Source: an uncultured cyanobacterium (GTDB lineage Bacteria > Cyanobacteriota > Cyanobacteriia > Cyanobacteriales > CAWCAG01). From it: DNA of 64,000 nt. Where the stretch lies: positions 160,001 to 224,000 of the forward strand of contig CAWDOD010000009.1 of the NCBI GenBank assembly GCA_963803805.1. Direction: 5' to 3'. The position numbers were made by a program, and so were the translations under genes. Of the stretch, positions 21,694 through 31,989 are shown piece after piece; within the stretch, counting starts at the first letter, position 1, and every line of letters begins with the position of its first letter. The notes below the pieces were generated by a model, which searched no databases, was not told where the DNA came from, and was given only the letters and a program-made list of their open reading frames with translations.

Positions 21694-22437
21694 TTGATGA
21701 TTTTGGTGCGATTCCGTATAGTGAGTAAAACACACTGGGTAGCGCACCGGTTGATAGTTAATAGTTTTGAATTTGTCTGGAGAATGCAAGAAAGTTGTGT
21801 AGAGGTGTTACCAGAATTTATAATTAGACCAGCTTGTTATCGCGATAAAGAAGCTATTCAAAGTTTAATTTGGGAGTTTACTTTCGCTGAAGCTTTAGAG
21901 TTGGATTTGCGAATAATATTATATCGCTTAATTGTAGTCACTTTACTTACCTACTCTTTCTTTTTGGTTCGTAGTTTCACAATTCCTATTTATGGAGAAT
22001 TAGTAGAAGCATTAGTCATTGCTGCTATTTTATTCAACTGTATTTATGCCCTACAATTATCTTCTGCTATGATTATGGGAATTGGTACAACTTGGCAAAG
22101 ATACTGGGTAGTAGAAAAAGACTCTCAATTAGTTGCTTGCGCTTTATTAAATATTTATAGTAGTAACTCAGAACTAGCATACTTATTCGTCAAACCAGCT
22201 TGGCGGGGAAGAAGAATTGCTTCCTCTTTAATTAACAGGCTAATTCAGGAATCACCCAATACTCTTTATTTAGCTTGTAAACCAAAAATGATTAAATTTT
22301 ATAGTAAGCTTGGCTTTAGAGAAGTGCGTTGGCAAGATTTATCTCAACCAATTAAAAACATTTTCATGCTCTTCCAGCCCCATCCTAAACTGTGGGGTTT
22401 TCCTATTACTATTATGAAATATAGCAGTTCTAATTGA
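21694..22437 (+). CDS. GNAT N-acetyltransferase with internal hydrophobic segments (start uncertain)
   Basis: IIRPA, LAYLFVKPAWRGRRIASSLI (motif A), FYSKLGF. Confidence 0.7.
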   Translation: MMILVRFRIVSKTHWVAHRLIVNSFEFVWRMQESCVEVLPEFIIRPACYRDKEAIQSLIWEFTFAEALELDLRIILYRLIVVTLLTYSFFLVRSFTIPIYGELVEALVIAAILFNCIYALQLSSAMIMGIGTTWQRYWVVEKDSQLVACALLNIYSSNSELAYLFVKPAWRGRRIASSLINRLIQESPNTLYLACKPKMIKFYSKLGFREVRWQDLSQPIKNIFMLFQPHPKLWGFPITIMKYSSSN

Positions 22438-22446
22438 AAGAATGTA

Positions 22447-23253
22447 ATGCACAACTTTATTCCCCCTCACCGCTTTTTCCCCTATCTTACTTGGAAAGAT
22501 ATCCAGGATCTACCTAATAAAAAAAACACGGTTATTATTCAACCCATAGGTTCTATTGAACAACATGGTCATCACTTACCAATTATTGTTGATTCTGCTA
22601 TTGGAGTAGCTGTAATTGGTAAAGCTTTAGAACAATTAAAACCAGAAATTCCTGCTTATTGTTTACCCCCGCTTTACTATGGAAAATCCAATGAACACAC
22701 TGGTTTTCCAGGAACAATTACCCTCAGTGCCACTACTTTATTAACTGTTCTCAAAGAAATAGCAGAGAGTATTTATGAAGCGGGTTTTCGTAAACTAGCT
22801 TTAGTAAATTCCCATGGGGGACAGCCTCAAATTCTAGACATTGTAGCGAGGGATCTTCATCATCAGTATCAAGAGTTTATGATTTTCCCTTTATTTATCT
22901 GGAAAGTACCTAATCTTGCCCAAGAATTAACTACAGAAAAAGAAATGCAATATGGCATTCATGGAGGAGATTTAGAAACAAGTCTGATGCTATCGATTTT
23001 ACCAGAACAAGTAAAAATGGAGCTAGCAATTAAAGAGTACCCTGCTGGGTTGCCAGAAAATAGTCTTTTAAGTATGGAAGGAAAACTACCTTTTGCTTGG
23101 CTAACTAAAGAATTAACTAAAACAGGAGTATTAGGAGATGCAACCATAGCAACTAAAGAAAAAGGTGATCGCTTGCTCACTTCATTAACTAGTAGCTGGG
23201 TTAATTTAATCGAAGATATTTATAAATTTCAGCAACCACAAATTAACAATTAG
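22447..23253 (+). CDS. Creatininase-family amidohydrolase
   Basis: GSIEQHGHHLP..D, GKSNEH, NSHGG, HGGDLETS. Confidence 0.9.
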   Translation: MHNFIPPHRFFPYLTWKDIQDLPNKKNTVIIQPIGSIEQHGHHLPIIVDSAIGVAVIGKALEQLKPEIPAYCLPPLYYGKSNEHTGFPGTITLSATTLLTVLKEIAESIYEAGFRKLALVNSHGGQPQILDIVARDLHHQYQEFMIFPLFIWKVPNLAQELTTEKEMQYGIHGGDLETSLMLSILPEQVKMELAIKEYPAGLPENSLLSMEGKLPFAWLTKELTKTGVLGDATIATKEKGDRLLTSLTSSWVNLIEDIYKFQQPQINN

Positions 23254-23348
23254 CTTCTCAAAAATAGAGTTGCGTGAGTTATCCTGATCCTAAAAATTAA
23301 TCTAGTAAAAAGTACCTGGAGGCAAGCCCTCTAGCACTCTAAACTAAT

Positions 23349-24149
23349 ATGATAGTCAAGGAAATAATTCAGCTTTATGCCCAAGGACAGAGAGATTTCC
23401 AAAATGTCAATTTAAGTGGTATAGACTTGAGTAATACTAATTTGAGTGGTAGCGATTTTAGCAACTCTAATTTACGAGGTATTAATCTTAATGGTGCTAA
23501 CCTTTCAAAAACGAAATTTAATGATGCCTTATTAACCGGGGCAAACTTGGGTAGTGTCAATCTCTTAGAAGCAACTTTATTTGGTACTAACCTACGTACT
23601 GCTAATTTAGCCTTTGCTAACTTAGGTAACGCTGATTTAAGGGGGGCTAACCTCTTTTTTGCCAACATTAGCAATGCGGAATTAGTAGGGGTTAAACTTC
23701 TCCGTGCTGATATGAGTCGCGTTAACCTCTGTTGTACTAATCTCCATGGCGCGGATCTCAGCAACACAGATTTGAGCCAAGGAAACTTAATGGAGGCTAG
23801 CTTCATTGGGGCTAGTTTGCAAGATGCCTATTTACGTAATACGAACCTTAAAGATTCTGATTTGAGCCATGCTAATTTGCAAGGTATAAATTTAACAAAA
23901 GCTAATCTCAACAATGCCAATCTTAACCGAGCTAACTTGAGGGGAGCGAATTTAATTAAAGCTCAACTAAAAAATACCAACCTGAGCCGAGCTAACCTAA
24001 GTTTAGCCAACTTAGCCTATGCCAATTTGCGAAAGGCTAATCTTAGTTATGCTGACTTAAATGATGCCAATCTAGCTGGAGTTGAATGGCAACAAGCTAT
24101 TTTAACAGGAGCTAAACTAATAGGAACCATCTGCGCTCACCAGCCTTGA
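23349..24149 (+). CDS. Pentapeptide repeat protein
   Basis: YAQGQRDF cap followed by continuous A[ND]Lxx repeats. Confidence 0.92.
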   Translation: MIVKEIIQLYAQGQRDFQNVNLSGIDLSNTNLSGSDFSNSNLRGINLNGANLSKTKFNDALLTGANLGSVNLLEATLFGTNLRTANLAFANLGNADLRGANLFFANISNAELVGVKLLRADMSRVNLCCTNLHGADLSNTDLSQGNLMEASFIGASLQDAYLRNTNLKDSDLSHANLQGINLTKANLNNANLNRANLRGANLIKAQLKNTNLSRANLSLANLAYANLRKANLSYADLNDANLAGVEWQQAILTGAKLIGTICAHQP

Positions 24150-24170
24150 GTAAAGTAAAAGCAACAGGTT

Positions 24171-24264
24171 TTTAAGTTTTGTTACATCGGTTGGTTGAAT
24201 TTTAATAAAATGTAACAAATAAAAGCTCAACACCATTGTATAAAAGTTACCTGTAGGGTATAAA
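24171..24264 (+). promoter_or_regulatory. cpcB promoter with upstream HLR1-like (RpaB) half-sites
   Basis: TTGTAT (24236-41)-N17-TATAAA (24259-64); inverted TTTGTTACAT/ATGTAACAAA at 24178-87 and 24210-19. Confidence 0.6.
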
Positions 24265-24535
24265 CACAAGGGATAAACCTTAGTTCTAGCTAAGATTTAT
24301 CATGTTTCTATCTTCACTCATATAAATATGAACTTTTCTCAGAATTCTTAAAAATCTACTAGAATACGAAATTTAAAGTATCCGAGTAGATTTCAAGAAG
24401 AACTGAAATAATGGGTGTTGAAATCAAAGTTTATATTCAGCTTAGGTTGACTGAATTATAAGGCTTTAAAATACGGTATATGGTACACAAGTACCAACCA
24501 CGCTCAACTAAAATTTTAAGTAGGAGATCAATTAA

Positions 24536-25054
24536 ATGTTTGACGCATTCACTAAAGTAGTTTCCCAAGCAGATGCTAGAGGCGAATACTTGTCTGGCGA
24601 CCAGTTAGATGCCCTTGGCCAAATGGTTAGCGAAAGCAACAAGCGCATGGACACCGTTAACCGCATCACCAGCAACTCTTCAGCAATTGTTACCGATGCA
24701 GCCCGTGCTTTATTCGCTGAGCAACCTCAGCTAATCGCTCCTGGTGGAAACGCTTACACCAGTCGTCGTATGGCTGCCTGCTTACGGGACATGGAAATCA
24801 TCCTACGCTATGTAACCTACGCTATCTTCTCTGGTGACGCTAGTGTTTTAGAAGACCGTTGTTTAAATGGTTTGCGTGAAACCTACCAAGCTTTAGGAAC
24901 TCCTGGAAGCTCCGTAGCAGTAGGCGTTAATAAAATGAAAGATGCAGCTATTGCGATCGCCAACGACAAAAACGGCGTAACATCAGGTGATTGCAGCTCT
25001 TTAATGTCTGAAGTAGGTAGCTACTTTGACCGTGCAGCTTCTGCTGTTAGCTAA
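24536..25054 (+). CDS. cpcB: Phycocyanin beta subunit
   Basis: [34 protein letters not shown] (bilin Cys), GDCSSL (second bilin Cys); 172 aa. Confidence 0.98.
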   Translation: MFDAFTKVVSQADARGEYLSGDQLDALGQMVSESNKRMDTVNRITSNSSAIVTDAARALFAEQPQLIAPGGNAYTSRRMAACLRDMEIILRYVTYAIFSGDASVLEDRCLNGLRETYQALGTPGSSVAVGVNKMKDAAIAIANDKNGVTSGDCSSLMSEVGSYFDRAASAVS

Positions 25055-25144
25055 ATTAAATTACTTACCTGAAATATCCCAGGTAATTAACTCCAATATC
25101 TTGAAAAATTTTTGCAAACCTAATTTAGGGAGATACCTTAAAAC

Positions 25145-25633
25145 ATGAAAACCCCTCTAACTGAAGCAGTATCCACAGCAGACGCTCAAGGTCGCTTCCT
25201 CAGCAGCAGTGAAATCCAAGTTGCTTTTGGTCGTTTCCGCCAAGCTAGCGCTAGCTTAGAAGCGGCTAAAGCTCTGACTAGCAAAGCTGACAGCCTTGTT
25301 AGTGGCGCAGCCCAAGCTGTTTACAAAAAGTTCCCTTACACCACCCAAATGGATGGCGCTAACTACGCTGCTGACCAACGTGGTAAAGATAAGTGCGCTC
25401 GTGACATCGGTTACTACCTCCGCATGGTAACTTACTGCTTAGTTGCTGGTGGTACAGGACCCATGGATGAGTATTTAATCGCTGGAATTGCTGAAATCAA
25501 CAGCACCTTCGACTTATCTCCTAGCTGGTATGTAGAAGCTCTCAAGAACATCAAAGCGAGCCATGGTTTAAGTGGTGACCCTGCTGTAGAAGCTAACTCC
25601 TACATCGACTACGCTATTAATGCTCTTAGCTAA
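25145..25633 (+). CDS. cpcA: Phycocyanin alpha subunit
   Basis: [31 protein letters not shown]; 162 aa. Confidence 0.98.
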   Translation: MKTPLTEAVSTADAQGRFLSSSEIQVAFGRFRQASASLEAAKALTSKADSLVSGAAQAVYKKFPYTTQMDGANYAADQRGKDKCARDIGYYLRMVTYCLVAGGTGPMDEYLIAGIAEINSTFDLSPSWYVEALKNIKASHGLSGDPAVEANSYIDYAINALS

Positions 25634-25700
25634 CTAGGAATTCTAGCTATTTGTAGCACAAATAGTTAGGAAAATGTGAACAACGCTAACTAAGGCGTAC

Positions 25701-25759
25701 TACCTGGAAAGGTATGCGGATACCAGTAAATTGCTAGTATTTGTTTACCGTTCCAGGTA
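25701..25759 (+). terminator. Long stem-loop after cpcA (processing/stability or partial termination)
   Basis: tacctggaa-aggta-tgcggatac...gtatttgt-ttacc-gttccaggta imperfect inverted repeat. Confidence 0.55.
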
Positions 25760-25841
25760 TTGTTTATAAAGAAGGGAACTGGGAGTAGGGAGTAGAGATT
25801 TAGACTTGATTATCTCTAACCGGATTTTGTATGAGAGGGTG

Positions 25842-26675
25842 ATGGAAGAACAAAACTTTAATACAGAAGCTCCTTCTGGAGGAAAATTAACTGTAGAAAA
25901 GGCGATCACAAACCTGCTTCAAAAAGAAGATTTAGGCCTGCGTTACTATGCCGCCTGGTGGTTAGGTAGGTTCCGGATCAAAGACCAAGCAGCCATAGAT
26001 GCTTTATTGTTAGCTTTAGAAGACGAAGAAGATCGCGCTCCTGACGGTGGTTATCCTTTACGACGCAATGCGGCGAGAGCATTAGGCAAATTAGGTAACC
26101 ACCAAGCTGTACCGGCTTTAATTAACTGCTTAGCCTTTAGTGATTTTTATGTCCGGGAAGCAGCAGCCCAAGCTTTAGAAATGTTAGGGGACAAAACGGC
26201 TATTCCTGAGCTAATCAAATTGCTCTCCGGGGGAGTAGAAGCGGCTCAACAATTTCCTGGCAAACCTCATTTAGTCCAACCCTACGAAGCTATTATTGAA
26301 GCATTAGGTACTCTCAAGGCCCAAGAAGCCCAGGATTTAATTGAACCTTTTCTAGAACATTTTGCACCTAAAGTAAGGTTTGCAGCCGCTAGAGCTATGT
26401 ATCAGCTTACAGAAAAATCTTTTTACGGAGATTTTTTAATCAAAGCTTTACAAGAAGATAACTTACAACTACGCCGCTCTGCTCTTATGGACTTAGGAGC
26501 TATTGGTTACTCCAAGGCAGGAGAGGCGATCGCCTCAACAAAAGCAGAAAATAGCCTGAAATTAATTTCTTTGAAAGGATTGTTAGAATCTCAGTTAGAA
26601 ACCAGCGACTCAGAAGCGATAGAATTATCCCCAGAGAGTCTGCAACTGATGAAATTAATGGATGCGCTTCTTTAA
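25842..26675 (+). CDS. cpcE: Phycocyanin alpha-subunit PCB lyase, E subunit (HEAT repeats)
   Basis: DLGLRYYAAWWLG, DRAPDGGYPLRRNAARALGKLG, LQLRRSALMDLGAIGY, AENSLKLISLKGLLE. Start moved to ATG 25842. Confidence 0.93.
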   Translation: MEEQNFNTEAPSGGKLTVEKAITNLLQKEDLGLRYYAAWWLGRFRIKDQAAIDALLLALEDEEDRAPDGGYPLRRNAARALGKLGNHQAVPALINCLAFSDFYVREAAAQALEMLGDKTAIPELIKLLSGGVEAAQQFPGKPHLVQPYEAIIEALGTLKAQEAQDLIEPFLEHFAPKVRFAAARAMYQLTEKSFYGDFLIKALQEDNLQLRRSALMDLGAIGYSKAGEAIASTKAENSLKLISLKGLLESQLETSDSEAIELSPESLQLMKLMDALL

Positions 26676-26681
26676 AAGATT

Positions 26682-27329
26682 ATGGATAAGAGTATTTCTC
26701 AGTTAATTAAAGAGGTAGATCAGGCAGATTCTGCCCATAAATTATTTAAAGCAGTAGCCACATTAGCAAAAGCTCGTCACGAAGAATCTATTGCTACTTT
26801 AATTGAAGTATTAGGATACAATAATCCAGGAGCTGCAGTTGCTGCAGTAGAAGGGCTAATAGCATTGGGGAAAGTAGCTATTCCCTCTTTATTAGAACAA
26901 CTCGATAGTTATAACTATGGAGCGAGGGCGTGGGCTATTCGTGCCTTAGCTGCTATTGGTGATCCCCGTGCTTTGGACACCTTATTAAGTGCGGCAAAGA
27001 GTGATTTTTCCCAAAGTGTCAGACGCTCTGCGGCTAGAGGCTTAGGAATTATCAACTGGGCTGAGGTTGAGGCAACGGAAGTGCAAACTAAACAAACTCA
27101 AGTACTACAAACCTTGTTGCAAGTATGTCAAGATGTAGAATGGGTAGTGCGCTACGGGGCGGTGGTAGGTTTAGAATCTCTTGGCCTCAAGACGAACTCT
27201 CCAGAAATTAACCAGCAAATCGATGCTTGCTTAACTCAGATAATCGCTGAAGATGCTGAGATTGCTATACAAGCTAGAGCTAAGTTTGCTCTTAGTAAGC
27301 TCAAAGAAAAAGTCACCCTATCCCCTTAA
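26682..27329 (+). CDS. cpcF: Phycocyanin alpha-subunit PCB lyase, F subunit
   Basis: LGYNNPGAAVAAVEGL, YNYGARAWAIRALAAIGDPR, DFSQSVRRSAARGLG, EWVVRY. Confidence 0.93.
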   Translation: MDKSISQLIKEVDQADSAHKLFKAVATLAKARHEESIATLIEVLGYNNPGAAVAAVEGLIALGKVAIPSLLEQLDSYNYGARAWAIRALAAIGDPRALDTLLSAAKSDFSQSVRRSAARGLGIINWAEVEATEVQTKQTQVLQTLLQVCQDVEWVVRYGAVVGLESLGLKTNSPEINQQIDACLTQIIAEDAEIAIQARAKFALSKLKEKVTLSP

Positions 27330-27347
27330 ATGCCCTTACTCCCTGTC

Positions 27348-27371
27348 GTCTAACGACAAGGCTACGTGAAC
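27348..27371 (+). repeat. Small dispersed repeat, copy 2
   Basis: gtctaacgacaaggctacgtgaac, within ccttact/cctact repeats. Confidence 0.5.
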
Positions 27372-27387
27372 CCTACTCCTTTCTTCT

Positions 27388-28161
27388 ATGAAATATTGGT
27401 ACGAGAGCTTTGCCGTTGCTCAACGCATTCTTACTGAACTATGGCGGAGGCAGCGGAGTTTGGTTTTTTGGGCAATTTTTCCTATCTCTGTGCTGCTACT
27501 CAACGGATTTATCTTAGCTGAGAGGGCAAACCTTTCTACTGCTGAAGCAATGGCATTTGCGGCTCCTTCTAGCTTAGTAGGGGCAGCTTTGTTCTTTAGC
27601 TGTTTAGGGGGAAGCGTAGCTACTGTGGTGGCAGAGAGAGAACAAAAAACAATCAAGAGGCTATTCCTTTCTCCTTTAAGCGGTATTTCTTATTTTCTGG
27701 GGATTTTCTTAGCCCATAGTTGTATTGGTATAGGGCAGAGCATCTTAGTTTATGCCGTAGCTAGTTTTTTAGGTGCTGAATTTTCTGGATCTATCATTTT
27801 AGGTTTGGTGATCATTCTTTTGAGCATTATTAGCTATGTAGGTGTCGGTTTTATCCTTGGTACACAGTTGGCAAGAAGAACAGAAGATGTTAACTCTTTG
27901 GTAGCTACTTTTGGAGTACCTTTGCTAATTTTGGGTGGGGCTTTTTTACCTACTTCTTTGTTTCCTAAAAAGCTATTAAATTTAGCTCAATTTAACCCCA
28001 TTTTTCATATGAATGAAGCTTTAGTAGGAATTTGGGCCAAAGGAGAAGATGTAGCAACCATTAGTCACCATTTTCTGGTTCTAGCCATTTTCGCTTTGGT
28101 GATGGTATTCGCAGGATGGCTTGCTTATCAAAGAATGTTAAGGGTAGAGAGAAGACTTTGA
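27388..28161 (+). CDS. ABC-2 type exporter permease
   Basis: Six TM segments, AEREQKTIKRLFLSP, FNPIFHMNEAL. Confidence 0.85.
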   Translation: MKYWYESFAVAQRILTELWRRQRSLVFWAIFPISVLLLNGFILAERANLSTAEAMAFAAPSSLVGAALFFSCLGGSVATVVAEREQKTIKRLFLSPLSGISYFLGIFLAHSCIGIGQSILVYAVASFLGAEFSGSIILGLVIILLSIISYVGVGFILGTQLARRTEDVNSLVATFGVPLLILGGAFLPTSLFPKKLLNLAQFNPIFHMNEALVGIWAKGEDVATISHHFLVLAIFALVMVFAGWLAYQRMLRVERRL

Positions 28162-28177
28162 TACTGGAGAAATAGTA

Positions 28178-28207
28178 AGAACCCAAAACCAATTGGCTTT
28201 GGGTTCT
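28178..28207. terminator. Hairpin between convergent permease gene and rpsU
   Basis: agaacccaaa / tttgggttct perfect 10-bp arms with inner cca/tgg pairs. Confidence 0.6.
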
Positions 28208-28257
28208 CCTTAATAATCATCTAAAGTAGAATCATAGTCATACCAGTTTAGACTCTA

Positions 28258-28434
28258 TTAACGGAAACGCTTCTTACGCCGCGCTACTGCCTTGCGCTTG
28301 CGTTTTTCAATAGGGGTTTCAAAATAACGGCGACGCTTAATATCAGCAAAAACCCCTGCTTTTGATACTTGACGCTTAAATCGACGCAGTGCCGATTCTA
28401 TTTCTTCATTTTTACCAACAACCACTTGGGTCAT
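28258..28434 (-). CDS. rpsU: 30S ribosomal protein S21
   Basis: [38 protein letters not shown]; true start ATG 28434 with AGGAG RBS. Confidence 0.96.
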   Translation of the reverse strand: MTQVVVGKNEEIESALRRFKRQVSKAGVFADIKRRRYFETPIEKRKRKAVARRKKRFR

Positions 28435-28721
28435 ACTATCAGTCAACTCCTTTAAATATCTATCGTCATAAATTTCTGGACTATTGTAGCCCACAGACAA
28501 AATTAAATACTCCCCTGTAATTTCTAAGGGAGTTTAAGCTTAGTTAAAAAGCTACCTTGAGAGAAGGTAGTTATGGTTTTCCTAAGCATTTGTGCGATCG
28601 CTGACCACACACCATCTATTTTAGCGCTTGAGTGCTAAAGCGACTTCTATTTAACCAAAATACTATTCAAAGACCAAGCTGTTGATTTAACTTATTCTCG
28701 CTGTTAAACCTACTTTATATT

Positions 28722-29015
28722 CTACCAATTAGAATCAAAATCTTTGCGCCCTCTACCACCGCCACCGCCTTCTTTACGAGGTCTAGCTTTGTTGACTTTT
28801 AATTCTCGCCCCATCCACTCTGCACCATCGAGAGCTTCAATCGCTTTGCTTTCTTCGCTTTCGTCGCCCATCTCTACGAAACAAAAGCCGCGAACTCGGC
28901 CTGTTTCCCTATCCATAGGTATAGTTACTCGCTTAACTTTCCCATAATCAGAAAAAACTGTCTCGACATCCTCTTGACCTGCTTCATAAGGCAAGTTACC
29001 TACATAAATCGACAT
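28722..29015 (-). CDS. rbp: RRM RNA-binding protein with Gly-rich tail (Rbp family)
   Basis: RNP2 IYVGNL, RNP1 RGFCFVEM, WMGRELKVNKARP, GGGGG tail; upstream of rpsU. Confidence 0.93.
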   Translation of the reverse strand: MSIYVGNLPYEAGQEDVETVFSDYGKVKRVTIPMDRETGRVRGFCFVEMGDESEESKAIEALDGAEWMGRELKVNKARPRKEGGGGGRGRKDFDSNW

Positions 29016-29236
29016 TCTAAATCTCCAGAACCGGAATCAATGAAAAGCCTCGGATCGCAGAGATGTATCTAATGTCTTAATGACCAAACCCTGTCGCCGA
29101 ATTTCATCCTTAGATAATATACCACAAACTTTCTTAAAAGGGAGCAGGGAGCAGCTTACAAGTGTAGATTTTTGATATTTAGCTACTTTTTTGGTTAGGG
29201 AGCTAGGGAGGATTTTTTCCTAAGATAAAAAATCAA

Positions 29237-29956
29237 TTAGGGCATCCACTCTAGAACAATACCAACGCGACTATCTTGCCCTTGAAGAGAATTTTGTCTT
29301 TCTATGTCTGTGGACAAACGCACCTGGGAACTGACAGCATAACCGACAGAAAGATTAGTTATGCCTACTTCCTCACTACTACCTGGAGAGACAAAACTTT
29401 GAGTTATAGCGATGTCTGCTGCCCCCGTACGGGATAAACTTAGCTGTAATTTTGCTCCTAAATTAACACCATCGGTAGCATACCCATCTGTGGTTATATT
29501 ACGGTAGCCAACTACCGGGGCAACATTAATATAGTTCCCTAAAGGCAGTATGTAGTAGTGCAAATCGGTTCCCCAGGAACTACGCCCTCCCTCAAAACTG
29601 CTATGATAATCAGCACTTACGGTTAAACCGGTATCACCAATAAAAATATCTTCTACACCAACAGTTATACCCTCTTCTTGGTTTGTGGAGGGAAACTGTG
29701 AATAGCCTAGCCGCAGGCGGGTACGAAAACTAGGATCGTGGTGAATATCCTCAAGAACATTGGGAACATCTTCTAACCAACGTTGTAAGACAGGACTACT
29801 TTCGATCACCTCCGGAGGCAAGCCGATTTCTTGTTCAAGGTTAACTTCTTGGGCATTTGCAGCAGGGATTATTGGTAATAAAACTAAACTTATGGGAACA
29901 AGCAGCCGTTTGAGAAATTTATTTTCTTGCTGAGGGACAATTAAAATATTTAACAT
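29237..29956 (-). CDS. Putative secreted/outer-membrane beta-barrel protein
   Basis: Signal-like ...PAANAQE, SPVLQRW, alternating beta-strand pattern, C-terminal VGIVLEWMP. Confidence 0.55.
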   Translation of the reverse strand: MLNILIVPQQENKFLKRLLVPISLVLLPIIPAANAQEVNLEQEIGLPPEVIESSPVLQRWLEDVPNVLEDIHHDPSFRTRLRLGYSQFPSTNQEEGITVGVEDIFIGDTGLTVSADYHSSFEGGRSSWGTDLHYYILPLGNYINVAPVVGYRNITTDGYATDGVNLGAKLQLSLSRTGAADIAITQSFVSPGSSEEVGITNLSVGYAVSSQVRLSTDIERQNSLQGQDSRVGIVLEWMP

Positions 29957-30109
29957 AGATTATTTTAGGGGCAAGTGATCGCGCGTAGTTATCTGGAGTC
30001 TTCACTGAACAAAAGGAAAAAAGCCTCTTCATCATTGATTTTTAGCAACAATGGTATAAAAGCGTTAAATTGACAGTGTTAACTTTTACAAACTGTTGGG
30101 AGAAATTCA

Positions 30110-30907
30110 ATGCTGGAACTGTACCAATTTGAGATGTCCCAATACTCAGAGAAAGTCAGGCTAATTCTAGATTATAAAGGACTCGACTACCGAAAAATCG
30201 AGGTGACTCCTGGAGTAGGACAAATAGAACTTTTCCAAAAATCAGGACAGCGACAAGTTCCTGTTTTAAAAGATGGGGATGTTTATGTAGCTGACTCGAC
30301 GGAAATCGCCCTTTATTTAGAACGCAAATATCCCGATCCCCCTTTACTACCAGTTGACTCTAAAGAAAGAGGTCTATGCTTGTTAATAGAAGAGTGGGCT
30401 GATGTATCCATTGGTGCTAAAGGGCGTAAAGCTTTTGTCGGTGCGTTAAATAAAAATGCCAATTTTCGGACTTCAATTTTGCCCAAGGAAACTCCCGATT
30501 TCCTGAAAACCTTAGTAGGATCTTTACCAGGAGAAGTTCTTGATGCAATAGGTTCTGGAGTTGGTTTAGGGGGGAGTGCAGTTAAAGATGCTCAAAACGC
30601 TTTGAAACAAGACTTAGGCGCTCTTTGCTTGCTTTTAGAAAATTCCCCTTATTTAGTCACAGACCACCCCACTTTAGCCGATTTTGCTGTGGCTGGATTA
30701 AGTATGATCATTAAGTTCCCAGCAGGAAATTATCTAGATATTCCTGAAGATTTAAAAGGAAAGGGTATTCCTGGCTTAGCAGATAATACTATGTATGAGC
30801 CATTTTTCACTTGGCGCGATCGCTTATACACAGAATATCGCCGTCTTATTATTCCTACTGTTACAACCTCTGCTGGTTCAGCACCAACTTCTATTGATAT
30901 TGATTGA
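30110..30907 (+). CDS. Glutathione S-transferase family protein
   Basis: LYQFEMSQYSEKVRLIL, SGQRQVPVL, DSTEIALYLE, PTLADFAVAG. Confidence 0.88.
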   Translation: MLELYQFEMSQYSEKVRLILDYKGLDYRKIEVTPGVGQIELFQKSGQRQVPVLKDGDVYVADSTEIALYLERKYPDPPLLPVDSKERGLCLLIEEWADVSIGAKGRKAFVGALNKNANFRTSILPKETPDFLKTLVGSLPGEVLDAIGSGVGLGGSAVKDAQNALKQDLGALCLLLENSPYLVTDHPTLADFAVAGLSMIIKFPAGNYLDIPEDLKGKGIPGLADNTMYEPFFTWRDRLYTEYRRLIIPTVTTSAGSAPTSIDID

Positions 30908-30949
30908 GTAAAGTTAATTTATTTTTTAAAATAAGCTAACTTTATCCAG

Positions 30950-30993
30950 TAAAAAAGCATTCAGAAATTGATTATATATCTGAATGCTTTTTT
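30950..30993. terminator. Intrinsic terminator after GST gene
   Basis: aaaaaagcattcaga...tctgaatgctttttt perfect arms. Confidence 0.75.
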
Positions 30994-31124
30994 GTATCCA
31001 TTTGTTTGGGAACTATAACTAAGAGAAAGCTAATAAAAATAAAAAAGAGAAATAATTAGAGTTTATGAATATGGTTTTAATAGAAAATATCCACCTTAAC
31101 TAAATTAAGCAAACCGAAAACACG

Positions 31125-31877
31125 ATGCGTAAATACCTTCATTCCCTTAAAGTTCTCGTTTTGGGTGTTTTACCCACTTTCCTGATATTATCTGGTTTAC
31201 CTTCTCCTGAAGTGGCCCAATCTTTTCCTGAGATGGTAGCAGGTCTTTCTTTTCCAAAAGGTTCAAATCGCGGCGGACCAAGTAGAACTAGCGGCGGTGG
31301 TAAAAGGGGCCCAGCCTGCGAGAATACTTCTATTAATGAATCAGTAGTAAGTGATTCCCAACTACCTCTAACAGCTATCATGCCAGAAAATAATCTGGCT
31401 ATTACCACAGAAGCAAATCCTAACATATATCTATACATTCCCCAGAACAATAACAAGAATGCAGAGTTGATTATTTTTGACCTTAGCAATAGAAATGAAC
31501 TCTACGAAGCTAAATTTGCTTTACCTCCAGAAGGTGGCATTATCAAACTAACTTTGCCAGAAAAAGTTCAACTACAAGTGGGAGATGAATACCAATGGCA
31601 TTTCGGTATCATTTGTGATGCAGAGGATGAATCTAAACATGAAGTAATTCAAGGACTTTTGGAGAGGAATACCCCTGTTAATTTAGAGAAGATTCAACAG
31701 GAAAAGAACCTCTTGGAAAAGGCAGATTTATATACCCAAGCTTCGGTTTGGAACGAAGCCTTGGATATAGCTGCTACATTACGGGATGCTGATTCTACTC
31801 CTTGGTTAGAACTATTAACCTCTGTAGGGTTAGAGAATTTTGTTGACGAGCCAGTTGTGGAAATCGAGTTAGATTGA
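31125..31877 (+). CDS. DUF928-family secreted protein
   Basis: Signal peptide, P-x-RT-x-GGGKRGPAC, LTAIMP, PNIYLYIP, YQWHFGIIC, WNEAL, WLELLTSVGL. Confidence 0.85.
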   Translation: MRKYLHSLKVLVLGVLPTFLILSGLPSPEVAQSFPEMVAGLSFPKGSNRGGPSRTSGGGKRGPACENTSINESVVSDSQLPLTAIMPENNLAITTEANPNIYLYIPQNNNKNAELIIFDLSNRNELYEAKFALPPEGGIIKLTLPEKVQLQVGDEYQWHFGIICDAEDESKHEVIQGLLERNTPVNLEKIQQEKNLLEKADLYTQASVWNEALDIAATLRDADSTPWLELLTSVGLENFVDEPVVEIELD

Positions 31878-31989
31878 ACAATCCCGAATTAGGACATTGA
31901 GTTGAGTAGTAATATCAATAATCTTGAGTTATGCTTGATTTTTTTTGGCATCTATATTTGCTTCCTCTAATCAACAACAACTGCCCCTT

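Noticed and set aside
28435-28500. N-terminal extension of S21 shown in the ORF track
   Set aside because: The canonical MTQVVVG start with an AGGAG RBS is at 28434.
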